The position numbers and the translations under genes were made by a program. A stretch of 64,000 bases of DNA from Phallusia mammillata (Eukaryota): contig OZ281496.1 of assembly GCA_965637545.1 (NCBI GenBank), positions 12,214,001 to 12,278,000 on the forward strand, read 5' to 3'. Positions 35,838-48,396 of the stretch are shown here, piece after piece; within the stretch, counting starts at the first letter, position 1, and every line of letters begins with the position of its first letter. The notes under the pieces were generated by a model that worked only from the letters and a program-made list of their open reading frames with translations, was not told the DNA's origin and did no database searches.

Positions 35838-36045
35838 TCGCAGGAAGAGGTTTGGCTGGGATGGGAAGCTTTGCAAGACACAGGGTTAGAGACTTGGCTG
35901 GGATCGGAAGGTTTTGCACAAGGTGGCGCCCGCCATCGGCGGTTTTGCATTAGAAGAGTAATCGACTTAGGAGGTTTTGCAGGAGAAGAGTAACCGGCTT
36001 GGCTGGAATCGGACGTTTTGCAGGAGAAGGGTTATCGACTTGGCG
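35838..36045. repeat. Degenerate minisatellite, roughly 40-45 bp period
   Basis: Recurring TTTTGCAGGAGAAGAGTAA and CTTGGCTGGGATCGGA motifs; the minus strand reads as PAKxPIPAK repeats. Confidence 0.6.
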
Positions 36046-37019
36046 GGGCTACGGGGGTCTCGATTTCTGACCACGCTGTGCACAAAGTTGGTGCGTTAAC
36101 ATTTGAGTGACTGATTACAAATTTTTACACGGTGCCACCTCGTGTGTCTAGGTGGCTTTGGTTTGCAAGATCTGCCATTGTTCTTGTGCTTTTGTTGTTT
36201 CAGTTTAATAACTAGCGTTAGCACCCTTCGTCGTTGTCAATTTTTTCATACCCGCATAGGAAACGAACATTTAGGATAGATTTTCAAATTAACTTAATCA
36301 ATTTCGTTTATGGACGTAGTACAATTGGCGTCCGTTTATTCACAGGTTTGTGTTTTCAGTTACCTATTATTAGTCAGACTAACGCTAGTCCAATAATAGT
36401 TTTTCGTCTCACAAAACCACCTCCAGGTTTTTCTAAAACCCTAAATTAAAAACCGCAAAACGTTCTATTTACTGCCAAATTAGTGCAAAAAACTTCAGTA
36501 AATGATTACCAATGCCAATCCTGAAAGTCTACATTCCATTGTTGCAAACAAAATATATCCACACCGAATGGGATTTTGATTTTTTGAAAATATTTCGATA
36601 CTATCCTGTATATGCGACATTTTCACAAATATTTTAAAATACTATATTTCATCTCTCAACAAATCCTACCCTAGAATGTGATCAATCACGACACTAACGA
36701 GACAGCTACTTTTTTCCTCGTGCTGCAAGGTTACCAAACAATGTCATCTTGCTGTGTTGAAACCCCCCGCCCTTGTTGAACAGCGCAGTGACATTGAGAG
36801 TGCGAATTAATGCCATTACAATTTTACTGGTTTTGTTAATTGAAACCATTTGTCCGCTTCTATGGTTGCAAAAAAATACTGACATTTGTATACTTTTTGT
36901 GGTGATTGAATTTAACAAATGACTATTAGTAATATAAATAGATATGTCGCTTGAATATGCGTGGTATTATCCACGTTGAAAAAATTATGTATTTTTTCCA
37001 AGAGGGTGGAAATGCCCAC

Positions 37020-37780
37020 CTCATTAGCCCTGGCTAGGTCCATGGTTGCGACCGTCCTGTTGGGTTCCACAACCTGTGCTGTCCGTACAAAATCGACAGC
37101 GTCGAATTACCCGCATCGCCATTGTTCGTTCATCCGTCTTGCTAATGCCCAGATTCCTAAGCATCTTTGTAATTTTCGATTTTGCGAACACGATACTCAT
37201 CTAGTTGTTCATAGCTGCTCTCGTAAGGAATGTGCGCATCTATCACAAGAGATTGTGCTTCGTTGGTGGTACATATGTCGGGTCGTATCACCTACGCCTC
37301 GGATGTATTTGCCGGCTCATTGGTAATACGGTAGTATCTCGGAAGACGTCGAGTAAGAACTCGCAATCGGCTGTAATGCCCATTCTTGTAAATTTGGGGC
37401 ACCGCAGAATGTGCATCACAGAGGCTCGTCGTCTTCGAAATGAAGGTGGGGCGGGGCCAGTGCGGCTTCTCCCTCGTCGTTAAACAGGCGTTCTAGCATT
37501 TCGAGCTGCTGACGACCTGCCGAATCCTCGTAACAAACAAATTCTTTATGATTGGTTTAAAAGTATGATTCGGGCGCAAACTCTAATCGGGTTTTGAAGT
37601 TGAGCCTCGCGCCGTCCTTTCAACCTCTTCTGCCATCTCTCTGACCCGCGTGGCAATGAGACATGTTTGTCACGATCGGAAGTTGCCTAGTACACGACCT
37701 GCACCCGATTGTAGCCGTCCTCGGTCGGCGTGGGAAACACCTGGATGTGCAGAGTCTCTCAGAACAGGTGGGCTGTTTGA
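37020..37780 (-). mobile_element. 3' relic of a restriction-like-endonuclease (RLE) non-LTR retrotransposon (R2/NeSL/R4 group)
   Basis: MHILRCP knuckle remnant; RPDI...LVIDAHIPYES...RKIENY (PD-D-K-like); CLGIW and LRNLGISK, across frameshifts. Confidence 0.55.
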
Positions 37781-38189
37781 TGTCGAAAAAAAAACGCTTT
37801 TGCCTACCTTGAAGCTCAAGGTTAGGCAGCGCATGCGTGGTGTAGGAGTAACTGTGAAAAAGAGAGCAAGCATTATCATACTACTGCTGCTACTGCTACT
37901 AGCCTGAGTTAATTTTGTACTACCACGGGCGAGCTTGCATAGAATCCCTGCAAAAATCGAACGAATTGACGATCTTTTGGGGCGTTGGTGATATTTGCGA
38001 GAATGGGTCGTTTGGTTGGTGTTTTCATGCTGCTTGCTTGCTTTCTGTTGCTTCTGCTGCTGTCCGTTTGTATCAGATAGTGGACCCGGGTGTGAGGCGG
38101 GGTAGTTAACGCTCCTCGTCGACCACGGGTAAGGTTGTAAAGTTTGGGAGTGATTACTCAACTATCGCTGGCGTGGCGCATTTATTGGT

Positions 38190-39760
38190 ACACTCATATC
38201 CAGAAATTTGAACTGATGCGTCTGGATGCACATAAAGTTGTTGTTTCGTTTAACCGGCTTCTCCCTCGTCGTTAAACAGGCGTTCTAGCTGCTGACGACC
38301 TGCCGAATCCTCGTAACAAACAAATTCTTTATGATTGGTTTAAAAGTATGATTCGGGCGCAAACTCTAATCGGGTTTTGAAGTTGAGCCTCGCGCCGTCC
38401 TTTCAACCTCTTCTGCCATCTCTCTGACCCGCGTGGCAATGAGACATGTTTGTCACGATCGGAAGTTGCCTAGTACACGACCTGCACCCGATTGTAGCCG
38501 TCCTCGGTCGGCGTGAGTTGTTGTTTCGTTTTACCACAAAGGTGATGATGTCGGTTCGGGTGAGCTGGGGCAGAAACCATCGCTTCATCAGGTTTACGTC
38601 ATATTTTCCACCGTTGAAGCTGATGACTGGTAAAATGCGTGTCAAGCCGCGCGCGGAGTACATGTTTTCGATACTCAGGAAATGAATATCATATTTTCCA
38701 CCGTTAAAGCTGATGACTGGTAAAATGGTAAGATGCGTGACAAGGCGCGCGCGGAATATCGCAGAGAGTGCCTGTCAACTTGGCACGACTCGCGTTTTCA
38801 CGATTAGTAGTTTGTCCAAATCGTTAAAAATCCCCTGGAAGCGTTCTATCATTGGTTCCCGTGACGCTTTCTGCACTCGCACGAGGTAGGAAAGCATGCG
38901 ATCGACGAGTATCGTAGCATCCCCATCCGTGATGAAGCACTGGGGCTCCTGGAAGCCAGATCATTAGAGCAAATGGAAACGCTCAGGGAAAGGTGCTCAA
39001 CATGCCAGGTCGTCTTTGACGCTTTTGCAGGGAGATTCTCCGTTTTGAAGTACGCCTCGAAGTCGAATGCGGCCCGGAAAGGGAAAAAACGAAGGGGTGT
39101 GGGGACGTCCATGCCGGCCCCGTCAAGCGCATTCATCACTGACACAGGTGCAAAATACACCCCGCCAACATAATTGTTTTTAAGCAAACCTTTGCAGGTG
39201 TTTTCGTGTTCGCTGCACTTGGACAACTTGCCAAAGTGTTTCCTGCAAACCTTGCACACAAACCGAGGCGAAAATGTCCAAATTTTCTATGTAACTAAAA
39301 TGCTTCTTGAATATATGTAAATTAAGGATTCGCGGTTCCTTGAATGCGCGGCGTCGCACACTCCGCGACTTTAGTATGCTGCCATTTCGAGGAGTGTCGG
39401 CCGCAAAATCAAACAGATTAATATTGAGCTTGCTCCTCGCGCCGGGAAGTGTCAGGGTTGACATTGACCACCAGAAGCCTGTCGCATTGGACTGGAGCCA
39501 CGAAACAAGGCTAGCGGAAAAAACACAGGTTGTCCTTAATCACCAGCCCTCGGACAGTCCTGTGAACCAAGCCACGGCAATCTCGCTCGGAGCTCGTCGA
39601 GGGAACGAATCAACAGCGGGCCGTCGAACAAATGGAAATTATTTTCTGATGTGTGGAAGTACCATCTTTCGCCTGTGACCCGCCGCAAGACCCGCGTTGA
39701 CGCGAAAGGCCAGGGAGCGCACAGCCATGATGTGTGCCACAGTGTTGGTGCGCCAGTCCA
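38190..39760 (-). pseudogene. Polinton/Adintovirus-like pPolB relic (copy 2)
   Basis: TGERWYFHTSENN, DNLCFF, LNLHIFKKHFSYIENL, CKVCRKHF, FDFEAY...EHLSLSVSICSN, LPVISFNGGKYDVNLMK and KRNNNFMCIQTHQFKFLDM. Confidence 0.82.
38252..38515. repeat. 264-bp insertion copied from 37463-37732, flanked by a 16-bp direct repeat
   Basis: AGTTGTTGTTTCGTTT at 38236-38251 and 38516-38531; the insert matches the donor except for a 9-bp deletion and 3 filler bases. Confidence 0.9.
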
Positions 39761-41836
39761 GCGGCAATCAGTAGTTAAACGCTGATTGGACTTAGATCTT
39801 GGTGCGATCGTATCGCGTCCCACGGTTTCACGATGATGCCACTAGCGGGGCGCGGAGCTGTTTCTGCAACAATAACGCGTTGGCGATGGCCAGGCAGTGG
39901 ACGCGGTTCTTGCGCCTTCTTTTCAGACGGTCTATGGCGCCGCCCCGCTGAATTGGTCAAGACCTGAAGTATAAAAAACGTTTTACCATTGGAAAAAAAT
40001 AAGAAAAACACAAAACGGTCAATGGGAACTTACTGTAGAATCGGCAGAAGGTTGAAGACCATCGCAGACGTAACCCTCCGATGGTATACTCCTTAAACAG
40101 TCGATTAATAGCACCAAAGTCGTCAAGAAATATGACACATTTGCTTTTTTCAACCGCAGATACAGCACAAGCTTGGTTCTGCGTTTTCCAGCGCACTTGG
40201 AAAAGAAATATTTGAAAAGGCAATGGTAACCGCGGTGTGAGGGAAAAAAACGATTAACAATTTATAGTTAAAAACACAAAACGGTCACTGCAAAAAGTCA
40301 CTTACGGTGGAGAAGGCTGAACATTTATGTCTGGGCTGCCATGCGCATGTTTCACAACTATTCAGCTTTCGTTGTTGTACGTACCGTTCCTAAACTCAGA
40401 AATAAGGCTGAAAAGCTAAAACCACCGTTTAAGCAGGCTGCATGATACACAAATTAAAGGATATTGTGAATAGTACCAAAAATGTCATCAGACAAATTGA
40501 GGCATTTTTGATATAACCATTAAATACAGATTTCGCTAAGAACGGATGACGCATTTCTTCTGCGATTCGCATTCGTAACAAGGTCACAGGGGCTTTCCTG
40601 GCGATCTTACCTGTGGCGAATGTGTACAACCTGGTGGATAAATTTCCTTGAAGACTTTGTGTCACAAAAACACAACGCTAACAATCAAATTCATGCCTAA
40701 GCCCTGTGGTTTTGCTGATGTCGAATTTTATATTTGGGTAGTGTTTCAAATTTATGGTGCACATACTAAGTAAAAAAATCGCTTCATGATACGGTCCGAT
40801 CAGATGTACCACCACTTTTCAGAGTTGAATGGCGCAACTAATAATAATTAGAAGAAAATAATCGAACGCAAACTTCATCAACTGACCAAGTGTGGCAGGA
40901 AAGCATCTAATCACAAATAAATCAATATAGGTTCTTTAATCATCCTCTGATACCTTACCATCAAAATACACATTTCAGCAAAATCAGTAATGTGTTTGTA
41001 CACAGTTACATCCAGAATTATCAACATCTTATTCAAACAATGAAGAAATCTTCCATATGTTCCAATACCATTCGCAACATTTAAGGCTATTTGTAATGCT
41101 ATCCAAAAGTGGATTAAATGGCTCAACTATGTGGAACTGGTTTTTTCACTTTTACCCCTAGGTTCCCTGTTGAACAGTCACTGAAATAATGTCTAGGACT
41201 ACAAACAACACGCAAATGATTTATTACAAACTAATTTTAGCATTACATTAAAAAAACGTCAAGCCAAAAACGCTCATAAACAACTAAAATCACCAAACTG
41301 ACCTTCTCATCACAAAATGTAGAAAGCTAAATATATAAAACGTAGTAACCAAAATATGTACGTGAAAGGATACTCTTACGTGAATTACGATTGGGATTAG
41401 GAGTCCAGTGATTTTTGTCTAAATTGACCTGCAGCCGCCGTTAATGATATTTGAATTATATGTTTGTCTGCTAATTACGACTTTGGGTGAGTGCATTTTT
41501 TTGTGAGCGGGATTGCCACACCTTTACTACTACTACGGGTAGAGCCATGTTCCAAAACTATTTTGTCCTTTTCCATTCCTTTCAATTGTACAGCGCGTTT
41601 CCTGGAGAAAAACGACATGAAGTGCTTTTTCTTCCCTTTATTAAAGTGAAAAATAGCTTTCGTTTGTTATGATTCCTAATACCCCCGACATTAAATTTGG
41701 CAATTACGGAAATCGCAGAAAAAGAAAAGTTAAAAAACAAAAACCCGCTATTGATACTTGTGATCTTCTATGTCCCCATCCATATTAAAAACCGCAATTA
41801 GTGCGTTGACAGTGTTACACCATAGATACTATAAAA

Positions 41837-42960
41837 CAGGGGGTGGCCAAACTGCGGCTCTTTGAGCCTTTGATTGCGGCTCTTTAGTATACTTCGACGC
41901 CAAAAACGAGATCCCGTTTTTTTTTGTTTTTTTTTAGACTTGTAGAAATGCCGGTGGTTAAGGCTATTCGGGTCAGGTGTAGGTTTAAAACTATTAATAT
42001 CGTTAAAAACAAGCATTTCCAAACATATCACCGGCGCTACCTTTTTGACCTAAAGTGAATCAGACTCCAGAGCCGCTCATTACTTTGATTATGAAACAAT
42101 GCATTCTATCACGTATTAACAATAAACTGATTGTTTGTAATAACCACTGTACATTCCAAAAACCAAAAGAACGTTATTATACAAAAGTGTGCATAGCTTG
42201 TGCATTGCAGTTAATTCAATTGTCAGAATTAAGTTGTGGGTCAGGGCTGACATTTTAAAGGCATTTTGCGGCTTATACTAGCAATAACTGCAAAGTGGAG
42301 CAAGAAAATGTCGTTAAGAACTCAATGCAAAAAAAGAAAGTATGAACAGGAAAATAGAACTTTTAAAACAGAATGGGAAGAAGAGATTGCATTCACTGAT
42401 AATGGAGGCAAACCTGTGTGTCTGATCTGTCAAGCTTCGCTTAATCATTATAAAATGAGTAACTTGAAACGTCACTACGAAGCTAAACACAAAACATTTC
42501 CCATCAATTACCCACCTAAGTCGGAGTTACGGAAGAATAAGCTTAATGAGTTAAGCAGAAAGTATTAACAACTTTCTGCAAGGAAGCTGACACAACTACT
42601 GAAGCCAGTTTTATTGTATCATGGAACATTGCCCGGTCCAAACACCCATATTCAGATGGTGAATTCGTCAAGAAGAATATATCTGAGGTGATTGCAGTGC
42701 TAGATCCTAAAAACACAAAACTTAGCGGCTAATATCGCTAACTCCGGTTTCAAGACACACAGTTGAAAGACGGGTATCTCTGATAAATGTTAATGTCGAA
42801 GACCAACTGCAAAATGATTTGAAAAAGTGTACTGCGTTCAGTTTAGCTTTAGACGAGTCAACAGATGTGCAAGACAACCCGTCATTGGCTGTATATGTTC
42901 GTTACGTTTCTGACGACGTTACTGTAAAAGAAGAGTTGTTGGACTTAATTGCATTAATGC
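41837..42960 (+). mobile_element. 5' part of a hAT (Charlie/SPIN, EPM2AIP1/GTF2IRD2-like) transposon
   Basis: Left end CAGGGGGTGGCCAAAC; KRKYEQENRTFKTEWEE...PVCLIC...NLKRHYEAKH; FSLALDESTDV...LAVYVRY. Confidence 0.88.
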
Positions 42961-43340
42961 GTAATAGAGATTTGGGGTTGGGGAAAAGCTGTTTTACTAT
43001 CATGGATGCGCAAAGCTTTGTTATGTTATTTATAAATTCAAAAACATAACCCATAGTTCCGCCTCTGATTATTTGCGTTTCTTTAAGTAGGAAGTTTAAA
43101 CGACATTGCTTTAACTCTAACACAATACAAAATGTATAACTGTGCTTTTACAGAAATCGTCCTAACAATACAAAATGTTTACCGATAAATTTCTTGGCGG
43201 GCCGCAAAAATAGGAACTTTTTTGTACTCAAACCTAAATTTGCTGTTTAATCGTCTCCACTGTTTGAGAGCTAAGTATTATTACCCCGATACACCTATGA
43301 AATTGCTTTGTTCAATACGCCTCAAATCCAAGGCTAAATA

Positions 43341-44948
43341 CAGACGAATCCGGTTAATCGCATAATCCGTTTAATTGCATCACAATTAAAAATCCCAAAC
43401 CGTCGCCCATCGTTTGTTAAGAAAATCGTCCGGTTAATCGCATACCGGTTTATCGCATAAACCGGATATTCGCATCGATTTTCAACGAAATATGCGATTA
43501 ACCGGATTGATGATCTCTATGTGAAAGTCGAACAGACCGAGTTTTTCTAAAAAAAAACGACGATATGATAGTAAAATCCTCCGGAGGTAATGTACACGAA
43601 AAGACGTGGATGCATGGTTGCATTACGCATCTAATTTCAACGTTGAAAATGACACGTCTCGACTATAAAATATTTTGGAAAAGTCATTAGGAGATTAAAT
43701 CGGCGTTCAGTGTAACGCTTTGCGATAACAAGGACTTTGCGATAACGTTATCTCAAAGCCGTGCACATTAATCCTTTTTTTATTGGCTTATCTAATCGCC
43801 AATAGTGATATAACAGGCGTTTTAAATTGATATGAAGAGTTCAACGTGTCAAAATTACGAAACTGGTGTTCTGGCAAAGACGCTGATTGTAATTTCTTAC
43901 TAAGTGCGAACTGCACCAAATTCGAAGTGTTAAACTGTATTGAAATTTAAACAATGTTAAATGTAAAACAAATATTTAAAAAAATGTTTTCTGTTATATT
44001 GTTCATGACCCGCCAAACACGTAATGGTTGTAAAAAATGTTAGATCGCAAGTAATCACACGATGTTGTTTAGATTCACGTAATTGGTAACGTGCCAACGA
44101 CTGACATATTTTATGTCTTCTATTCGTGACCTTGCGCAACTTATCAGGAAGAACACCGATTAAAAAAGGCATTTACTCCTCTAGTACTTGTTGCTGCTTT
44201 AAATTTTTGAAGCAACGATCACACGTTGATCACGTGACAGTCACGCTAGTCTTGCAGCTGTAGTTTTGCTGAGTAAGCTAGAAAGTAGCGCGACAAAGAG
44301 TCTTTAAAGTTTTGCTAAAATCAATTATTCTTTTTGTCAATTGTATAACGGGTTATAATAGAAACTAATGATGCAGCTCGCCTTAGCGCCCTTGCGCTGC
44401 AGAATGTGCCAAAGTTGTAAGTTTGACTAGGTTTCGGTCGTGTACGGGTTTGGGCTTGCTTACAAATATGCACCTAGCACTTTGCCGCTTAACACGTTGG
44501 TTTGAACTAGAAAACGAAACACGTTAGAAACAACAGGCCATTTTACGTGTATCTTAGGCGAGAGGCCTGGCACATTTATATGGGAAACTACCCAATACAA
44601 GACTAAAACGTCATAAATCGTCTTCATAGGGAAGTTCCCAAATTTAAACACAATCGCGCGCCAACTAAGTGTGTGTGTGTGTGTGTGTGTACGTGCGTTT
44701 CTACTGTTTCTTTAACACACTTAGGCGATTGTACCACAGCCACGACAGTTAGGAAGCATGACGTCATGCATTGCGCTGAGAGTTATAAATCTAGTTTTGA
44801 CTGGAGAGTACTTTTTTCGATTCTCGGCAACAAAAGAGAGAAAATACTGCCCCGTTGCCATAGTTGAGCTAGTAGATTATCGCATAATCCGGTTAATCGC
44901 ATCAAATACCCGTGGCAAATCGATGATGCGATTAACCGGATTCGTCTG
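43341..44948. mobile_element. Non-autonomous Tc1/mariner (pogo/Tigger-like) element, 1608 bp
   Basis: 23-bp TIR CAGACGAATCCGGTTAATCGCAT / ATGCGATTAACCGGATTCGTCTG with TA on both sides; internal repeats of CCGGTTAATCGCAT. Confidence 0.88.
44669..44690 (+). repeat. (GT)11 microsatellite
   Basis: Read directly. Confidence 0.95.
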
Positions 44949-45589
44949 TACTTAATTTAACGTCAAATGGCAAGTGGTTACTTGTTTCGTCAAATCGTCT
45001 ACTAGTTCAAAACGACGCTTCGTCCAGAATTGCAAGAAGGATCCAGAAAGTGAAGGATCCAGAAAGTACAAGACCTCAACCTAACTCGCAACTTCAGCAT
45101 GCAAAGAATTTTTTTCTTCCCGGTTATCCAATAGACAGAAAAAAAACTATTGATTTTAGCGAAATCGTTAAAATTTCCAAATTTGGCTCTTACTCAATAA
45201 AACTGCATAAACGTGACTGTCAGGTAATCAAAATACAGTGCCAGCAAAAAAATCTTTACATTCAATGGCAAAATAAACTTTACATTTCAATTTTGCAAAA
45301 AGTTATTAGCTTACTGTTTCCGTTAAAAGCATTGTGTTACAAAAACGCTTATGGTTATGTCATAAGCTACTGTCTGGCTACACTTTAAAGCAAGGCCATA
45401 CTCTGCGTGTCTAGTGTTGCTTTACAGCTTCGTGAATAGTACGGTCGGTGAAATCACACAATATTTCTTATTTTCCTAAAGTTGAGGTCTTGCAAAATTT
45501 TATTCAAGCACTAAAATGGGTCGAAAGAAGATGCAAATGGAAGAAAAATCTTGTGCCTTGACTTTGTTAAAGAATGGAGATTCTTTGAT

Positions 45590-45965
45590 TACTGCAGTGA
45601 GCATGGGCTTCTTGGCTGCACGGCGACATGGTAGCTTAAGATCCTTGTGGAGTCGATGACGAATTGTCCTGTTTGAAAAGTTGTGGAGAAGCTCAGGGTG
45701 CTTGTTGTTTAATTCAACGGCGGTTATAGATGGATATGAGGTTACTTGTTGCTTCAAAACCGTATGCGTACTTGGCGAAGTCTTCTTAGCTGCCCTAGAA
45801 CCTAATTACCTCCTCGGAGCCAACCTGTTTGGCAATTACGCCGCTGACCTTTTAATTGATAAATTACCTTTCTTGAGACCCCCAATATCTCTGGCAACAG
45901 CAATCACAGAATATCTACTCTCTAGCAAAGTCAAGGCATAAGATTGTTCTTCCATTTGCTTCTTT
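45590..45965 (-). mobile_element. Tc1-like transposase N-terminal (HTH) relic
   Basis: YSVIAVARDIG...GSRAAKKTS and PSITAVEL...SNRTIRHRLHKDLKLPCRRAAKKPMLT. Confidence 0.72.
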
Positions 45966-46075
45966 TTTTTGAGCCATTTTTGTGTTTAAATAAAATTTCA
46001 CAAGACCTCGAAACTTTAGGAAAACAAAAAATATTGTGTGATTTCACCGACCTTACTATTCACGAAGCTGTAAAG

Positions 46076-47898
46076 CAGGGGTGTCCAACTCAAACTCGGT
46101 GGCGTGCCAATTTTTGCCCTATAATTTAGCGCTGTGCCAACGTCTGATAAACTATCTTTTTTATTTTTTTAAGGCATACACTTTGTAAAGAACCAAACTT
46201 TATTTACATTTCAAAATCATGCTCATTCAGTATTTCATGATTATCAAAAACTGCTTCTTTGCAAGCGTTTGTCTTCTGCCAGTCTTGAAAGGTTGGCCTT
46301 TAACGGTGTAGTAGCGATTCTCATTACTGCATCTAAGTGCCCGTCAGTTAGTTGGCTACGTATTTTTGATTTATTGAGTTTCATTACAGAAAATCCTTGT
46401 TCGCATCTGTAAACATTTCAGAAAGCAGCAACTCCCGACCTTGAAGCTTAATGCACAATTTGTTCAAGTGTTGAGTTATATCAACTAAGAAAGTAAGGTC
46501 TAACAGCCAAGCATGATCTGAAAGAAGCATTAAAACATTTTTACCATTTTCGGTTAATAATGTTGGTCTTCTTTCCCTCAAAAAGATTCGTATTTCTTCT
46601 AAAAGAGCAACAAAGCGTTCCAACACCTTTCCTCGACTTAACCATCGTACTTCCGAGTGATAAATGAGATCTTTGTACTGTGCGGTGTTTTAAACCTTTT
46701 GCTCGTATTTCGTTTACGCATTTTACTATAACTTCCATTACATGCGTCATTTTTAAAGACTTGGCACACAGAGCTTCTTGATGAATGAAACAATGTACTG
46801 TTAGAATGCCCTGCTCAAAATTTGATTCTCGCAAGTGCTGCTTAAGAAGTGCCACTGCACCATTTACTTTGCCCGTCATAGAAGGTGCACCATCTGTTGT
46901 GAAACCGACTAATTTTGAAAGCGGTAAGAAGGGAACTTTATTGTGGAGCAGTTGCAGCACTCCTTCTTTTACATCCAAACCACGTGTAGTGCCACGAAGA
47001 GAAACAAGCCCAAGAAGATCTTCGTGGATTGACAGGTTTTTTGTTACACCGCGGATAAATACTAATATTTGGGCAGTGTCAATCATGTCAGTGCTTTCAT
47101 CAAAAGCTATGGAAAAACATTGAAATTCACCAGTTTTCGAAGACAGTTGTGCTGTTAAATCTTCACCGATATCTTCTATTCTTCTTGCAATAGTGTTTCT
47201 CGAGAGACTTATGTCTTCAAAAAGGTGTTCCTTATCTGGAAGCATTACTTTTGCAACCTCCTGAATACAATCTCTAACAAATTCACCATCTGTAGAAGGT
47301 CGTGCAGAACGAGCAATTTTTCTGCAATGATATATGATGCAATTACTGATTTTTTACTTCGATCGACAACATTCATGAAGGTATTTTGCTGTGCAGACAA
47401 AGAGCTTTTCAACTTTTTGACCAAGCCCTCCCTTGACTTTCCAACATATTTAAGATATTTTTCTTCATGCAAGGTTTGGTAATGTCTCTTTATGCTAAAT
47501 TGCTTTGAAATAGAAACACTTTTTCTGCATATCAAACACAATGGTTTCTCCTGCTGTCCAAGAATCGTTAAACAGTCGTAGGGGTTCATTTACTTTTTTT
47601 TGCTCATTTCTTCGACGCAAAAACTACAAATGGTGCAAATTTCCGGTAAAACCAGGTCAACAAGCAAGTACACAGTCGATATCAACAACCCAACTGGCAA
47701 CCGCAGCGCATGATACTTTGTAACATAAGTCAAATGTGAATGCCAGTGGTAATTGCTTCTATTGATTTTGTTACAAAACAATAGAACAACAATCGCCTTT
47801 GTACCAATTCTTAGTTTTTGGCATGTGAGATTTGCTGGTGCTTCAGACCTCGCGTGCCACTTTTTAATACGCCGCGTGCCACGTGTTGGACACCCCTG
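46076..47898 (-). mobile_element. hAT element with an internally deleted, frameshifted GTF2IRD2-like transposase
   Basis: TIR CAGGGGTGTCCAAC / GTTGGACACCCCTG; PLCLIC...KRHYQTLH, FSIAFDESTD, TTDGAPSM, HCFIHQEALCAK and MKLNKSKIRSQLTDGHL; the flanks are not a TSD. Confidence 0.92.
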
Positions 47899-48396
47899 AT
47901 CTACACAGTCCCACAGCCGTCAAGATTTAAATTGTTTGCATGTGGTTTGCAGAAGATGTAGCTGACGAATATTAATTTTAGTATTCTGGCGCAAGCACTC
48001 ATTGTATTGTCTTCTGCAGGGTAATGCCGTTTAGAGGGCACGCGAGTTCTTACACATGGGGCAACCATAGACACAGTACACAATATAGGAACAATAGTAC
48101 AACAGTAATAAAGCAAACAGGTTCGTTTTAAACACCAAATGTTTAGACATGTTAAAACAAACAAACAAACGAATGATTGTTGCGTGTTTTTTCTTCTACA
48201 GATTTCATGAAGCTGATTGTGTTGGCCGGTTTCGGTGATAAAATCGCCATTTAAATGACTTTTGCCTTGTTTAATATGTCACCGCAAAAACGTTTTGTAA
48301 ACATGCCGTTTATAAAGCTGTTGTGAAAGAAAAACAAAATGTTGTGAAAGAATCGACTGAAAAAATACCACTGAAGAAAATGGGAAATTGATTTAT

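Noticed and set aside
37800-38100. Plus-strand hydrophobic Cys-rich stretch (IIILLLLLLLA; WVVWLVFSCCLLAFCCFCCC) as a viral envelope tail
   Set aside because: Interrupted by stops, derived from CTG/CTT-type low-complexity repeats, and lacking an upstream ectodomain.
39957-40223. Polinton packaging ATPase (VIFLDDF)
   Set aside because: No Walker A motif nearby; a single short motif could be chance.
40430-41130. P-element-like transposase relic
   Set aside because: One weak DEV..R motif only; it cannot be supported without an HMM search.
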